Shown here: one piece after another, positions 28,007 through 38,255 of the stretch
Layout: each line of letters starts with the position of its first letter
Numbering within the stretch: position 1 is the stretch's first letter
NCBI GenBank assembly: GCA_963667565.1
Contig: OY763415.1
Coordinates: forward strand, 768,001-832,000
Length of the DNA: 64,000 bases
From: Acholeplasmataceae bacterium
GTDB lineage: Bacteria; Bacillota_I; Bacilli_A; Acholeplasmatales; Acholeplasmataceae
Reading direction: 5' to 3'
Program-made: the position numbers and the translations under genes
Notes under the pieces: generated by a model
Told to the model about the DNA's origin: nothing
Databases searched by the model: none
What the model saw: only the letters and a program-made list of their open reading frames with translations

Positions 28007-29188
28007 ATGGATGCAATTACTGCTGCTATAGCAGTTTCTATTTTTGCTTTGTTTTCATTCTTTGCGATTTTATTATCATCATTAAACAATCTAGAAACTT
28101 TTAAAGAAAATAAATATATCGTTTTATCGTCTTTTTTGCTGTTCATCTCATTGATGTCTTTAGTTTTTGATTTGCGTTCTATGCAAACCAATACACATCA
28201 TTGGTGGTCAGCTTTTTTATTTGGTGCTTCTTTTTATGCTTCAATTTCAATTTTGGTTGGTTTAATAAGAATTTTATACGATCAAGATAAATCAATCAAA
28301 AAAACTTTATTGATAGTAACCACTTTAATAAGTGGCACATGGTTTATTGCCCCTATAGTTTATGAAAATTATATTATACGTTCCATCTCAATTAATTTAT
28401 TGATTTCGGCTCCTTTTGCATATTTAGTCTTTATTTTTGCATATAAAAAAGTCCTGTTTTATAAATCTGTTTTCTTCTACTTAATAGGGATCATGGTTCT
28501 TCTTTATACATTCAAAAGTATTTTACTTATTACAGGTATAGATCAATCAGATTTTAATTCATTTACAGATATAACCATTTTATTTACTTTGATTCCATTC
28601 GTCATTTTAATTTCAACTTTTCTCGCTTATTTGTTAGAAAAAGAAAGACTTCAAAAAATTGAACTAAAAAAGAATGAGCTACGATTGAATTTGACTCTAG
28701 ATAAAATTAAAAGTATCAGTGAGACTGATTTAGTCACAAAACATGCAAATCGCTATAAGTTAACAATTGAATTAGAAAAACATTTTTATCAGTATATAAA
28801 TCATCAAAAATGTTTCTCTATAATGATGTTGGATGTGAATAATTTTAAAGCTGTCAATGATAATTATGGTCACAATAAAGGTGATCAGGTACTTAAGTAT
28901 ATTGCTGATGAAATCACAAGCATACTTCCAATAAATCATGTATTTGGAAGATGGGGTGGTGATGAATTTTTAATCATCATTTCTGAATCCACGATTGATC
29001 TTTGTTCTCGTTACAAAGAGAAAATACATCAACATTTTAGTCATCAATTGTGTCCTTATATTAACGATCATCTTAACTTAAGTATAGGTTATTCGACCAT
29101 TGAATCAAAAACTGATATAAATGAATTGCTACATGAGGCAGATCAACATATGTATTTAGATAAAAATAAAAGTGCAATTGCCATATAA
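28007..29188 (+). CDS. Membrane diguanylate cyclase (GGDEF)
   Basis: About 7 TM helices; D..NFKAVND.YGH..GD and intact RWGGDEF. Confidence 0.92.
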   Translation: MDAITAAIAVSIFALFSFFAILLSSLNNLETFKENKYIVLSSFLLFISLMSLVFDLRSMQTNTHHWWSAFLFGASFYASISILVGLIRILYDQDKSIKKTLLIVTTLISGTWFIAPIVYENYIIRSISINLLISAPFAYLVFIFAYKKVLFYKSVFFYLIGIMVLLYTFKSILLITGIDQSDFNSFTDITILFTLIPFVILISTFLAYLLEKERLQKIELKKNELRLNLTLDKIKSISETDLVTKHANRYKLTIELEKHFYQYINHQKCFSIMMLDVNNFKAVNDNYGHNKGDQVLKYIADEITSILPINHVFGRWGGDEFLIIISESTIDLCSRYKEKIHQHFSHQLCPYINDHLNLSIGYSTIESKTDINELLHEADQHMYLDKNKSAIAI

Positions 29189-29206
29189 TGGCTATGCACT
29201 TTTTTA

Positions 29207-30610
29207 TTATTTAACCAAAGGATTTATAAATTGACCAATCTTCGCTTCTAAGAATGATGCTATTTGTAAGACTTCTTTATCTCTATGATGATCTGATAAG
29301 ATATATGTACCAAGTGGCATTTTATCTTTATTTAATCCCAATGGTATAGTCATTGAAGGAAACCCACAACATGGACCAAGACTTGTATATGAATCAAAAA
29401 TGAGGACATCTAAGTCTTTTTCCTTCATCAGTTTTTTAACTGATTGTTGCAATTCATATCTTTCTGTCATGGCTTCGATATATTCTTTTTCCAATAACGT
29501 TCCTTTATCCATAGTATATTGAAGAATAAATTGCCCATATTTTAATGCTCTTCGCTGATTTTCACGATTAAATTTAATGAGATCTAAGAGTGTATGGACT
29601 TCAGAGTTTTGATGATATTGACTTAAATATGATTCAAATGATGATTTGAATTCACCAAACATAATATGGACAAATTTTTTAGGTTCATGAAGTGATAAAT
29701 CATCAACAACACTAAATCCTCCATCTATTAATGCCTCTTTTATATCATTTATTTTTTCGTTAAATATTGTGTCAAAAGGAAGGTTTTTTCTAACAATCCC
29801 AATAGTCATACCTTTAAAATCTTCTCTTAATGATTCAAAATAAGAAATATGTTCTTTTTTCGAACATGTTGCAATATCTTCATCATCAATGGAAGTCATT
29901 GCATCTAAACCAATGGCAATATCACTGACTCTTCTCGCGATAGGACCCGCAGTATCTAATGTTGTTGAAATAGGGATAATACCTGTTCTTGACACCAAAC
30001 CTATGGTTGGTTTGAAACCACATACACCATTAACACTACTTGGGGATATGATGCTTCCTCCGGTCTCTGATCCGATTGTAAGAGGTGCAAGTCCAAGAGA
30101 TGCAGCAACAGCACTACCTGTTGAACTTCCAGAAGGATCAGCATCAATATCATATGCACAAAGCACAGAACCACCAACTGCACTATAACCATTTCTCATA
30201 TTTTGAGCCATAAAATTAGCAAGTTCTGTTAAATTGGTTTTCCCTAATATAACAGCACCTTGTTTTTTTAAGGCTTTAACTACTTCTGCATCTTCATCTG
30301 GTATATAATCTTTAAAAGCCAATGTACCTGCGCTGGTTTTTAAAGGACCTTTTGTATGTATATTATCTTTAAGTAATACTGGAATACCATGTAGCATCCC
30401 TTTAACCTCATTGATGGATCTTAAATAATCAGCATATTTCGCTTCAAATATAGCATTTTGATTAATCATTCTTACACTGTTATAAAAAGGAGTACCTTGG
30501 TCGATATCTTTAATTCTATTTAAAAAATAAATCACAAGTTCTTCAGAAGTTAGCATGTGATTTTGCATTAATTTTTGCAATTCTTTGATTGATAAATTTT
30601 GATAGTCCAT
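29207..30610 (-). CDS. Amidase signature family protein
   Basis: GIPVLLKDNI, GKTNL.E, GSSTGS and GSETGGSI motifs; start MDYQNL after GGAGG. Confidence 0.92.
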   Translation of the reverse strand: MDYQNLSIKELQKLMQNHMLTSEELVIYFLNRIKDIDQGTPFYNSVRMINQNAIFEAKYADYLRSINEVKGMLHGIPVLLKDNIHTKGPLKTSAGTLAFKDYIPDEDAEVVKALKKQGAVILGKTNLTELANFMAQNMRNGYSAVGGSVLCAYDIDADPSGSSTGSAVAASLGLAPLTIGSETGGSIISPSSVNGVCGFKPTIGLVSRTGIIPISTTLDTAGPIARRVSDIAIGLDAMTSIDDEDIATCSKKEHISYFESLREDFKGMTIGIVRKNLPFDTIFNEKINDIKEALIDGGFSVVDDLSLHEPKKFVHIMFGEFKSSFESYLSQYHQNSEVHTLLDLIKFNRENQRRALKYGQFILQYTMDKGTLLEKEYIEAMTERYELQQSVKKLMKEKDLDVLIFDSYTSLGPCCGFPSMTIPLGLNKDKMPLGTYILSDHHRDKEVLQIASFLEAKIGQFINPLVK

Positions 30611-30715
30611 TGTTACCTCCACAAGTTTTATATACATATTATACTTTATTTGACTAAACTTTTACATTTAGATACGATTGTTTTATAATATGTTTATGAC
30701 TTAGGAGGTAACTAT

Positions 30716-32329
30716 ATGTTTCATAATAACCCATTACATTATCCTTACCCTTCCAAAAGAACATGTGTATATGCACATAATGGAATGGTCGCAACTTCTC
30801 AACCACTTGCTGCACAAGCAGGATTGGACATATTAAAAAAAGGTGGAAATGCTATAGATGCTGCTATTGCAACTGCAGCATGCTTAACTGTTGTTGAACC
30901 CACTTCTAATGGTATAGGAAGTGATGCATTTGCTCTTGTATGGACAAAAGGTGAGCTTTTCGGTTTAAATGCAAGTGGATATGCACCTAAAAATATTTCA
31001 ATTGATGCCATAAAAGCGTTAGGGTTTAATGAAATCCCTAGATTTGGTATGATTCCTGTCACTGTCCCTGGAACGCCTAAAGGATGGGCTGCTTTATCTA
31101 AAAGATTTGGTAAATTACCTTTGATTGAAGTCTTAGCGCCAGCAATTAAATATGCAAGAAAAGGATACCCATTATCTCCTACACTGGGATACCATTGGGA
31201 AAATGCTTTTAATATATATAAAAAACATTTAACAGGTGATGCGTTTAAACCATGGTTTGATACTTTTTCTATTGAAGAAAGAGCACCAAAAATAGGTGAG
31301 ATTTGGAAATCAGAAGGTCATGCAAAAACACTTGAATTAATTGGTCAAACATATGCAGATGCTTTTTATCATGGCGAACTTGCAGATCAAATCGTGGAAT
31401 TTTCCAATGCCCATCAAGGATTTCTTTCAAAAGATGACTTAGCTTCATATGATGTGGAATGGGTTAAACCAATCTCTGTTAATTATAAAGGATTTGACGT
31501 GTGTGAAATTCCGCCAAATGGTCAAGGCATAGTCACTTTAGAGGCATTAAACATTCTAAAAAATGATGAATTTATTGAAAAAGAAGATATTGAAACTTAT
31601 CATAAACAAATTGAAGCGATCAAACTCGCTTTTTCCGATGCACAAACATATATCACAGATCCAAAATTTATGAAAGTCTCTGTAGAAAGTCTTTTAGATG
31701 ATACTTATTGTTTAAAAAGACGTTCATTAATCCATGAGCAAGCCTTAGAACCAGCTCCTGGACTACCACCAAAAGGTGGTACTGTTTATTTAGCTACTGC
31801 TGATAAAGAAGGTAACATGGTTTCCTACATACAAAGTAATTATATGGGATTTGGATCAGGGATTGTCATTCCAAATACAGGCATTGCTTTACAAAATAGA
31901 GGTCATAATTTTTCTTTTGATAAGAACCATGACAATGCTCTAGCACCTTTAAAAAAACCGTATCATACGATTATTCCTGGTTTCTTACTTAAAGATGGGG
32001 ATGCCGTTGGTCCATTTGGTGTCATGGGTGGTTTTATGCAACCTCAAGGACATTTACAAGTTATTATGAATACAATCGATTTTAAAATGAATCCTCAAAC
32101 GGCTCTTGATGCACCTAGATGGCAATGGATGAAAGATAAATCAGTTACAGTTGAAACATCAGTATCGTCTAAAATTATTGAGTCATTAATCAAAAAAGGA
32201 CATGATATAAAAATTGAGACACAATCTGCTTCCTTTGGACGTGGTCAAATCATTTGGAGAAATAAAGATACTGGTGTCTTAGTGGGTGGGACTGAATCTA
32301 GAACGGATGGTACAATTGCAGCATGGTAG
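30716..32329 (+). CDS. Gamma-glutamyltransferase family protein (YwrD/HpxW-like)
   Basis: GGNAIDAAIA, GTVY carrying the catalytic Thr, QNRG, PYHTIIPG and GG.MQPQGH motifs. Confidence 0.93.
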   Translation: MFHNNPLHYPYPSKRTCVYAHNGMVATSQPLAAQAGLDILKKGGNAIDAAIATAACLTVVEPTSNGIGSDAFALVWTKGELFGLNASGYAPKNISIDAIKALGFNEIPRFGMIPVTVPGTPKGWAALSKRFGKLPLIEVLAPAIKYARKGYPLSPTLGYHWENAFNIYKKHLTGDAFKPWFDTFSIEERAPKIGEIWKSEGHAKTLELIGQTYADAFYHGELADQIVEFSNAHQGFLSKDDLASYDVEWVKPISVNYKGFDVCEIPPNGQGIVTLEALNILKNDEFIEKEDIETYHKQIEAIKLAFSDAQTYITDPKFMKVSVESLLDDTYCLKRRSLIHEQALEPAPGLPPKGGTVYLATADKEGNMVSYIQSNYMGFGSGIVIPNTGIALQNRGHNFSFDKNHDNALAPLKKPYHTIIPGFLLKDGDAVGPFGVMGGFMQPQGHLQVIMNTIDFKMNPQTALDAPRWQWMKDKSVTVETSVSSKIIESLIKKGHDIKIETQSASFGRGQIIWRNKDTGVLVGGTESRTDGTIAAW

Positions 32330-33525
32330 ATAAAAAAGAAATCAAATTACATAAACTACTCGGATCTATCTTATCAATTAGTGTGTTAGGTTTTGGTGGA
32401 GGTGCTGCTGTCATCCCATTATTTCATAAAGAAATCATTGAAAAATATCACTATCTAGATGATGATGAGTTTCAAGACATCCTTTCAGTAGCAAACGCTT
32501 TACCAGGCCCTATTCAAACTAAGTTAGCAGGTTATATTGGTTATCGATTGAAAGGCTTTTGGGGTTTATTTTTAAGTTTATTATGTATCATTTTACCAAG
32601 TTTATTATTGATGTTATTCTTCTATAACACCATTAATTATTTTAAAGATCAACTTTGGGTGAATCAGGCTATTTCTTCTGTATTTCCAGTCGTAACTTCT
32701 ATGATGTTAATGCTTACTATCAATTTTATGAGTAAGTCATTTAAACAATTAAAAATTAAAAATTTGGTCATTTTACTAACAATAGATTTTTTATTTATGA
32801 TTGTATTAGAGATGAATCCCGCACTCATCATATTAATTACGTTAGGTATGGTATTTGTACCTAAAATTAATGAAATCAAAAGATTTGTTTATACATTTAT
32901 TGCATTAACTATCGTTTATCTATTAGGTTATTTTAATGTAATAGGTATCATTTTTAGTCAAAACTTGGATTTATCTTCTTCACTTAATGATATTCCTAAT
33001 TTATTGAAACTAAGCATTGCCTTCTTTATTCCTGGTATGATTGGATATGGTGGAGGTCCTGGCTCACTCTCACTGATCTCTTTTGAAATAGTTGATCAAT
33101 TTCATTTATTATCCTCAGATCAGTTTGCACTTGCTGTTGCTATTCAAGGTGCACTTCCTGGTGTGACTGCGACGAAACTTGCAGGTACTATTGGTTATCA
33201 AATCAGTGGTATCTTAGGAAGTATCGTATCTATTTTAGTCTATGTTATTCCATCTATGATCTTGATGGTTTCACTTCTTAATATCTTAAACAAGTATAAA
33301 CAAACAGCAGTTGTTAAAAGATTAACTTCTTATTTAGGACCTATTGTGATTATATTGTTAGCAAATCTGTCATATTCCTTTTTTGACCAATCTCTTATAT
33401 CGTTAGGTTTATTACAAACGCTCATATTTATTGTCATCTCTTTGGTGCTACTCGTTAAATTTAAACTGCATCCATTCTTTATGATTATACTCGCAATGAG
33501 CATGGGTGCTTTATTAACATTATAA
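32323..33525 (+). CDS. chrA: Chromate ion transporter (CHR, two-domain)
   Basis: GFGGG...LPGP in the first half and GYGGG...LPG in the second. Confidence 0.85.
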   Translation: MVDKKEIKLHKLLGSILSISVLGFGGGAAVIPLFHKEIIEKYHYLDDDEFQDILSVANALPGPIQTKLAGYIGYRLKGFWGLFLSLLCIILPSLLLMLFFYNTINYFKDQLWVNQAISSVFPVVTSMMLMLTINFMSKSFKQLKIKNLVILLTIDFLFMIVLEMNPALIILITLGMVFVPKINEIKRFVYTFIALTIVYLLGYFNVIGIIFSQNLDLSSSLNDIPNLLKLSIAFFIPGMIGYGGGPGSLSLISFEIVDQFHLLSSDQFALAVAIQGALPGVTATKLAGTIGYQISGILGSIVSILVYVIPSMILMVSLLNILNKYKQTAVVKRLTSYLGPIVIILLANLSYSFFDQSLISLGLLQTLIFIVISLVLLVKFKLHPFFMIILAMSMGALLTL

Positions 33526-33538
33526 AAAAAGGTTTTGA

Positions 33539-34807
33539 TCATTGATCAAGACCTTTTTGTTGATTTAATTTATATAATTCTTCAGCAGCAAAATGAAATT
33601 TAGTCACTGGATAAGATTGATCTTTTGGATAAATATAGAATGTATCATCAAATGTTGAAAATGAGAGACAATCACCTTTACCAAAATAATTATACTCAAT
33701 GTGAACACCAAAATTTGCTTGTATGGGTTTATGTATATCTTTTCCATCAATATATAAGTGGAACCCATCTTTATTATGTGTTAATTTACCTTCACCAATT
33801 CTATAATAACCTGTGCTATTTGGTAGCATATCAACAATAACATCTATTGAAACATCATAAAGACCTGCTTCTATTTGTTTTCTAACTTCACTTCTCTCCC
33901 AATTAAACCAATCAGGAATATGAGTGAATTTAGAAGTACCAGAAATATTGCTTAGATTTCCATAGAAATCCATGTGATAGGTTTGTTGACAAGATCTGCA
34001 AAATATTTTGTCATCTTTTGAATCCATCGTATGTTCCTTACCACAATGTGGACATTGATATAAAGGTTTATGAAGCCCTTCAGCTCTAAATGATTCTTTA
34101 ATTTTTAATTGTGTATCTTTTTGATATTGATAATCATCATAATAAAATGCTTCTTTTATCTTTTGATTGATTTCATCTACGCTTAATCTCTCAATATCTT
34201 CTTTTGAAAATAAGTAGGTAAGATCTGTTTTAGTTTTTACTTTGCGCTTTTTTAAATTCCAAACAGGCTGTCTTAAATAATGACCATGTGAGATAAGAGT
34301 AGCAACAGGTATTTTAGTGAGTTTAATTAATTTACCTAAACTATCTGGAAGTGGACTTGTTGTCCCAACAAGTGAATATCTAGCTTCAGGATAGATTTGA
34401 CAAACCACTTTATGTGTTAATACACTTTCTCTAATTTGTCTAATAATGACACTGTCACTAACAAATTTTCTTTTAGGAAAACATCCGACTTCTCTCATCA
34501 GCTGTTCTCTATTGATAAATCCGTCAACAGCAACGACATATGTTGATTTTCTTGGAAAAACGGCTCTTGTTGCTACTTTAAAATCTAAGAAACTATTGTG
34601 ATTGCAAAGCATCATATAAGGTTCCTTAAGATCTTTCATGTTATGTTTGACTATCTTGCTTTTAACTGCAAAAGTTTCTGGAAAACTGAGTGCCCACGCA
34701 AGTAATTGTAAATACCACTTTGCTTTTTTAGGCATGGCTTTCATGTCAAATCTTGGCATTTCTTTGACTTCGTCATATGATTTATAAACAATATCGCTGA
34801 TTTTCAT
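33539..34807 (-). CDS. PlsC-like acyltransferase with a Zn ribbon
   Basis: NH.SFLD, YPEA and CPHC...CRSC motifs. Confidence 0.8.
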   Translation of the reverse strand: MKISDIVYKSYDEVKEMPRFDMKAMPKKAKWYLQLLAWALSFPETFAVKSKIVKHNMKDLKEPYMMLCNHNSFLDFKVATRAVFPRKSTYVVAVDGFINREQLMREVGCFPKRKFVSDSVIIRQIRESVLTHKVVCQIYPEARYSLVGTTSPLPDSLGKLIKLTKIPVATLISHGHYLRQPVWNLKKRKVKTKTDLTYLFSKEDIERLSVDEINQKIKEAFYYDDYQYQKDTQLKIKESFRAEGLHKPLYQCPHCGKEHTMDSKDDKIFCRSCQQTYHMDFYGNLSNISGTSKFTHIPDWFNWERSEVRKQIEAGLYDVSIDVIVDMLPNSTGYYRIGEGKLTHNKDGFHLYIDGKDIHKPIQANFGVHIEYNYFGKGDCLSFSTFDDTFYIYPKDQSYPVTKFHFAAEELYKLNQQKGLDQ

Positions 34808-34910
34808 ATAAAATCCTCATTTACTTGGTGTAGCGATATTATAGCATATTTTTATAATCTTTTGATTTTCAAATAAAAAGATGCAACAAAACATTTGCAT
34901 CTTAATCGTT

Positions 34911-35621
34911 CTAAAATTGTAATTTAATTTGATTGCCAGTCACGAAATCACTTTCTTCACTTGCTAAAAATTCAATAAGTTTTGCAATATGATTAGGTGT
35001 GATGTGATCTTTAGGTAATTGATTCATTTCATCAGTTGCTTGACTCAGTGAATGATAGTGTTCAACTGGACCTGGTGATATGACATTAATGGTAATACGA
35101 TGCTTAAATGCTTCTTTAGACATATTAAGCAGTGTATCGGTTCTTGCTTTTTTAGCAGCATTGTATGAAAATGAAGGTGAAGGTATATCATCATTTGTAC
35201 CCATCGCAATAATTCTTCCCCATTTTCTTTTTTCCATATCTTTTAAAACGATTGGTACTAATCCATAAATAGGTGCAAGTTCCTTATGCATATCATCTAA
35301 TGTTTTTATTGGATCTATATCTTTGATTGCTTCTACATGAAATGATGCTCCTGGTCCAATATATAATAAATCAATGCGTCCAAACATTCTAATTAGTTGT
35401 TTTAAAATACGCTTTGACTCATCTATATCAAAAATATCAGCTTTAATCGCCATTGCTAAACCTTGATGATTGTTGATATAATCTACGATTTCAATTGCTT
35501 GCTCATCATTTGTGGAATAATTGATAATGACTCTATACCCAACTTTTGATAACGCTAGAGCAACACTTCTTCCGATCCCTTGCCCAGAACCACCTGTTAT
35601 TAATGCGACTTTTCTTACCAT
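34911..35621 (-). CDS. SDR family oxidoreductase
   Basis: TGG..GIG, YNAAK and ITIN.ISPG motifs. Confidence 0.88.
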   Translation of the reverse strand: MVRKVALITGGSGQGIGRSVALALSKVGYRVIINYSTNDEQAIEIVDYINNHQGLAMAIKADIFDIDESKRILKQLIRMFGRIDLLYIGPGASFHVEAIKDIDPIKTLDDMHKELAPIYGLVPIVLKDMEKRKWGRIIAMGTNDDIPSPSFSYNAAKKARTDTLLNMSKEAFKHRITINVISPGPVEHYHSLSQATDEMNQLPKDHITPNHIAKLIEFLASEESDFVTGNQIKLQF

Positions 35622-35685
35622 TTCATCACCTGTTTCGATTTACTACTATTATTTTAACACATAAAAACGAGTCTAGATTGACTCG

Positions 35686-36219
35686 TTAACCATTTTTCTT
35701 CATATATGATTGATGTATATCATATGCTAAATCTTCAAGTTGATGTTTCTCATTTGTTATGACTAAATCAATATGCATCAATTGTGCTTTATCAAAAACT
35801 TTTTCATCATTAGCAATTCGTTTTTTGATCAATTCTTCTGCATCATGTCTTTGATACATACGATCCATACGTAACAATTGGTTTGCTTCTACATAAACAA
35901 TGAAAATATCATCTTTTATCTGTTGATATAATGCATTAGCACCATTTGGATCTACAATCACTAAACCTTTATGATTTACATCTTTTTTTTGAATTCCATA
36001 ATATTCATTTTGATAAATAGATACTTCAAAAAAAGCATCCTTGTTTTTGAGATCTAAAAACTGTTCTTTTGTCAAAAAATGATAATCAATATCGTTGACT
36101 TCATTAATTCTTGGATCTCTCGTTGTTGTTGTGATGCATTTTGTGTATCCATATGACTTAAAAAGAATTTTGGATAATTCAGTTTTTCCGCTTGCGCTTG
36201 CGCCTACTAGAACAATCAT
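35686..36219 (-). CDS. gmk: Guanylate kinase-like protein
   Basis: GASASGKT, TTR.PR..E....DYHF and YYG motifs. Confidence 0.75.
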   Translation of the reverse strand: MIVLVGASASGKTELSKILFKSYGYTKCITTTTRDPRINEVNDIDYHFLTKEQFLDLKNKDAFFEVSIYQNEYYGIQKKDVNHKGLVIVDPNGANALYQQIKDDIFIVYVEANQLLRMDRMYQRHDAEELIKKRIANDEKVFDKAQLMHIDLVITNEKHQLEDLAYDIHQSYMKKNG

Positions 36220-36327
36220 TTCTTCATCTCCTATGTCATATTATAACATAATGGTGACTTAAAAATTCGATATCTTTATTGTTTTTTAGTATAATAAAAT
36301 TAAGTCTAAATATGAAAGGGTAATAAC

Positions 36328-36819
36328 ATGAAAATATATAAAACAAACATCGATGCATTGACATTAAGAGAGACTCAAAAATCAGATAGTGAACTCATAT
36401 TTAGTTTTATCTATAAGCTTGCAATATATGAAAAAATGGAAGATCAAGTCATTGCAGATAAAGATTTAATTGCAATTTCTATTTTTGATCATCATCAAGC
36501 TGAAGTTTTACTTTGTTATGAACATGACACACCTATTGGTATCATGTTATTTCATGAAAACTATTCAACATTCATGGGACAAGCCAATATGTATATTGAA
36601 GATATCTATATTGATCAACCCTATAGACATAAAGGATATGGTACTGAACTTTTTGAAGTGGTTAAGAAAATTGCTGATGAGAGAAATTATGGAAGAGTCG
36701 ATTGGGTTTGTTTAAATTGGAATCAACCATCAATTGATTTTTACAAAAAAATTGGTGCAAAACCGCTTGATGATTGGATTTTATTTCGACTAAATACAAA
36801 AAAGAATTCTAATAAATAG
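36328..36819 (+). CDS. GNAT acetyltransferase (diamine acetyltransferase-like)
   Basis: LA.YEK, YSTF.G, YIEDIYI...YR.KG.G and WN..SI.FY motifs. Confidence 0.9.
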   Translation: MKIYKTNIDALTLRETQKSDSELIFSFIYKLAIYEKMEDQVIADKDLIAISIFDHHQAEVLLCYEHDTPIGIMLFHENYSTFMGQANMYIEDIYIDQPYRHKGYGTELFEVVKKIADERNYGRVDWVCLNWNQPSIDFYKKIGAKPLDDWILFRLNTKKNSNK

Positions 36820-36833
36820 AATTCTTTTTTATT

Positions 36834-38147
36834 TTATTTTTCTTTGATTAAATATGTTAATCCATAACCTATAAATAATACTAGAACACCAATTAAAGAA
36901 GGTATAAAACTTTCTATGAGCGTTGATATGAGCAATAAAATCATACCGAATATCGCAATCAGTGGAACTGTAGGATATCCAAATACTTGGTATCTTGGAT
37001 ATGCATCAACTGGTTTTGTTTTTCTAAATCTAAATAATGAAATAAATATCATCGTATTAAAGATCAATCCAGCAAATACAACAAATGTAAGTAGTGCATT
37101 AATATCAAAACCAGCAATAATTAAAATGATTGAAATCAGTGCTGATAATGCTAATGCATAAACTGGTGTTTTATATGTTTTATCTTCTTTTGCAAAAAAT
37201 TGAAAAAACAAACCATCAGCTGCCATTTTTTGATAAACTCTTGGAAAGACTAAAATACTACCATTGAGTGCTCCAAATACACTAATTCCAACAGTGATCA
37301 TAATGATGAGTTGCCCTGCATCACCAAAGAGTTGATATGCAGCATTAAATATAAACCATCCATTATATGCAGTTAGTAAATCTTGATATGCTACAAGTCT
37401 ATAAAGCGAAAAGATAAATAATACATAAATCATCATGACACCAACAATTGAAAAAGTTAATGCTTTAGATAAATTTTTCTTCACATCTTTTAATTGTCCT
37501 GCGACTGCGTTTAAATTTGTCCATCCCTCATATGCCCATAAAGTTCCAACAACAGCAAATCCAAATGCCACTAAACCATCAAAAAATGATAATGAACTTA
37601 GAGAAGATGTAGCTGTAAGTGGTACTCTTCCAATGATGATACCCATAACGATAATCATTAGTATTGGAATAAGCTTTGCGACCATGAATATGATTTGAAC
37701 AATTGCTCCAAGTTTAATACCAAAATAATTGATCACACTTAAGAGTAAAATGGATATGACTGCAACCATTTGTACCCATGGTTCAAGTGATATAAATATT
37801 GAAGACATCACTTGTCCAAATAAAATGGCCAATAAAGCGATACTACCTGATGATGATAATACTAAGTTCATGAATCCTGAAACAAAAGCGACTCTTTTTC
37901 CATAACCTTCTTTTAAATAAAGATAGTAACCACCATTTTCTGGAAATAACGATCCTAATTCAGCATAAGATAATCCAGAAAATAACACAATGATACCACC
38001 AATGACCCATGCTAATAATGATAACCAAATTGAGTTAGCTGCTCGATTTAATACTTGACCCCCTAAAAAGAAAATACCAGAACCAATCATAATACCAGCG
38101 ATGATTGATATGCCACCAAAGAGTGAAATCTGTCTTTCATCTTTCAT
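36834..38147 (-). CDS. APC family amino acid permease
   Basis: IGSGIF, YAELG..FP..GG.Y.YL and WAYEGW motifs. Confidence 0.92.
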   Translation of the reverse strand: MKDERQISLFGGISIIAGIMIGSGIFFLGGQVLNRAANSIWLSLLAWVIGGIIVLFSGLSYAELGSLFPENGGYYLYLKEGYGKRVAFVSGFMNLVLSSSGSIALLAILFGQVMSSIFISLEPWVQMVAVISILLLSVINYFGIKLGAIVQIIFMVAKLIPILMIIVMGIIIGRVPLTATSSLSSLSFFDGLVAFGFAVVGTLWAYEGWTNLNAVAGQLKDVKKNLSKALTFSIVGVMMIYVLFIFSLYRLVAYQDLLTAYNGWFIFNAAYQLFGDAGQLIIMITVGISVFGALNGSILVFPRVYQKMAADGLFFQFFAKEDKTYKTPVYALALSALISIILIIAGFDINALLTFVVFAGLIFNTMIFISLFRFRKTKPVDAYPRYQVFGYPTVPLIAIFGMILLLISTLIESFIPSLIGVLVLFIGYGLTYLIKEK

Positions 38148-38255
38148 ATTTATCCTCCGAAATACTTTATTTTTAGTTTCTCTTAAATATCATAACAAAA
38201 TTAAATATAAAAACCTAAACATTTGATTAAAAAAGAACTGATTTTCACCAGCTCT

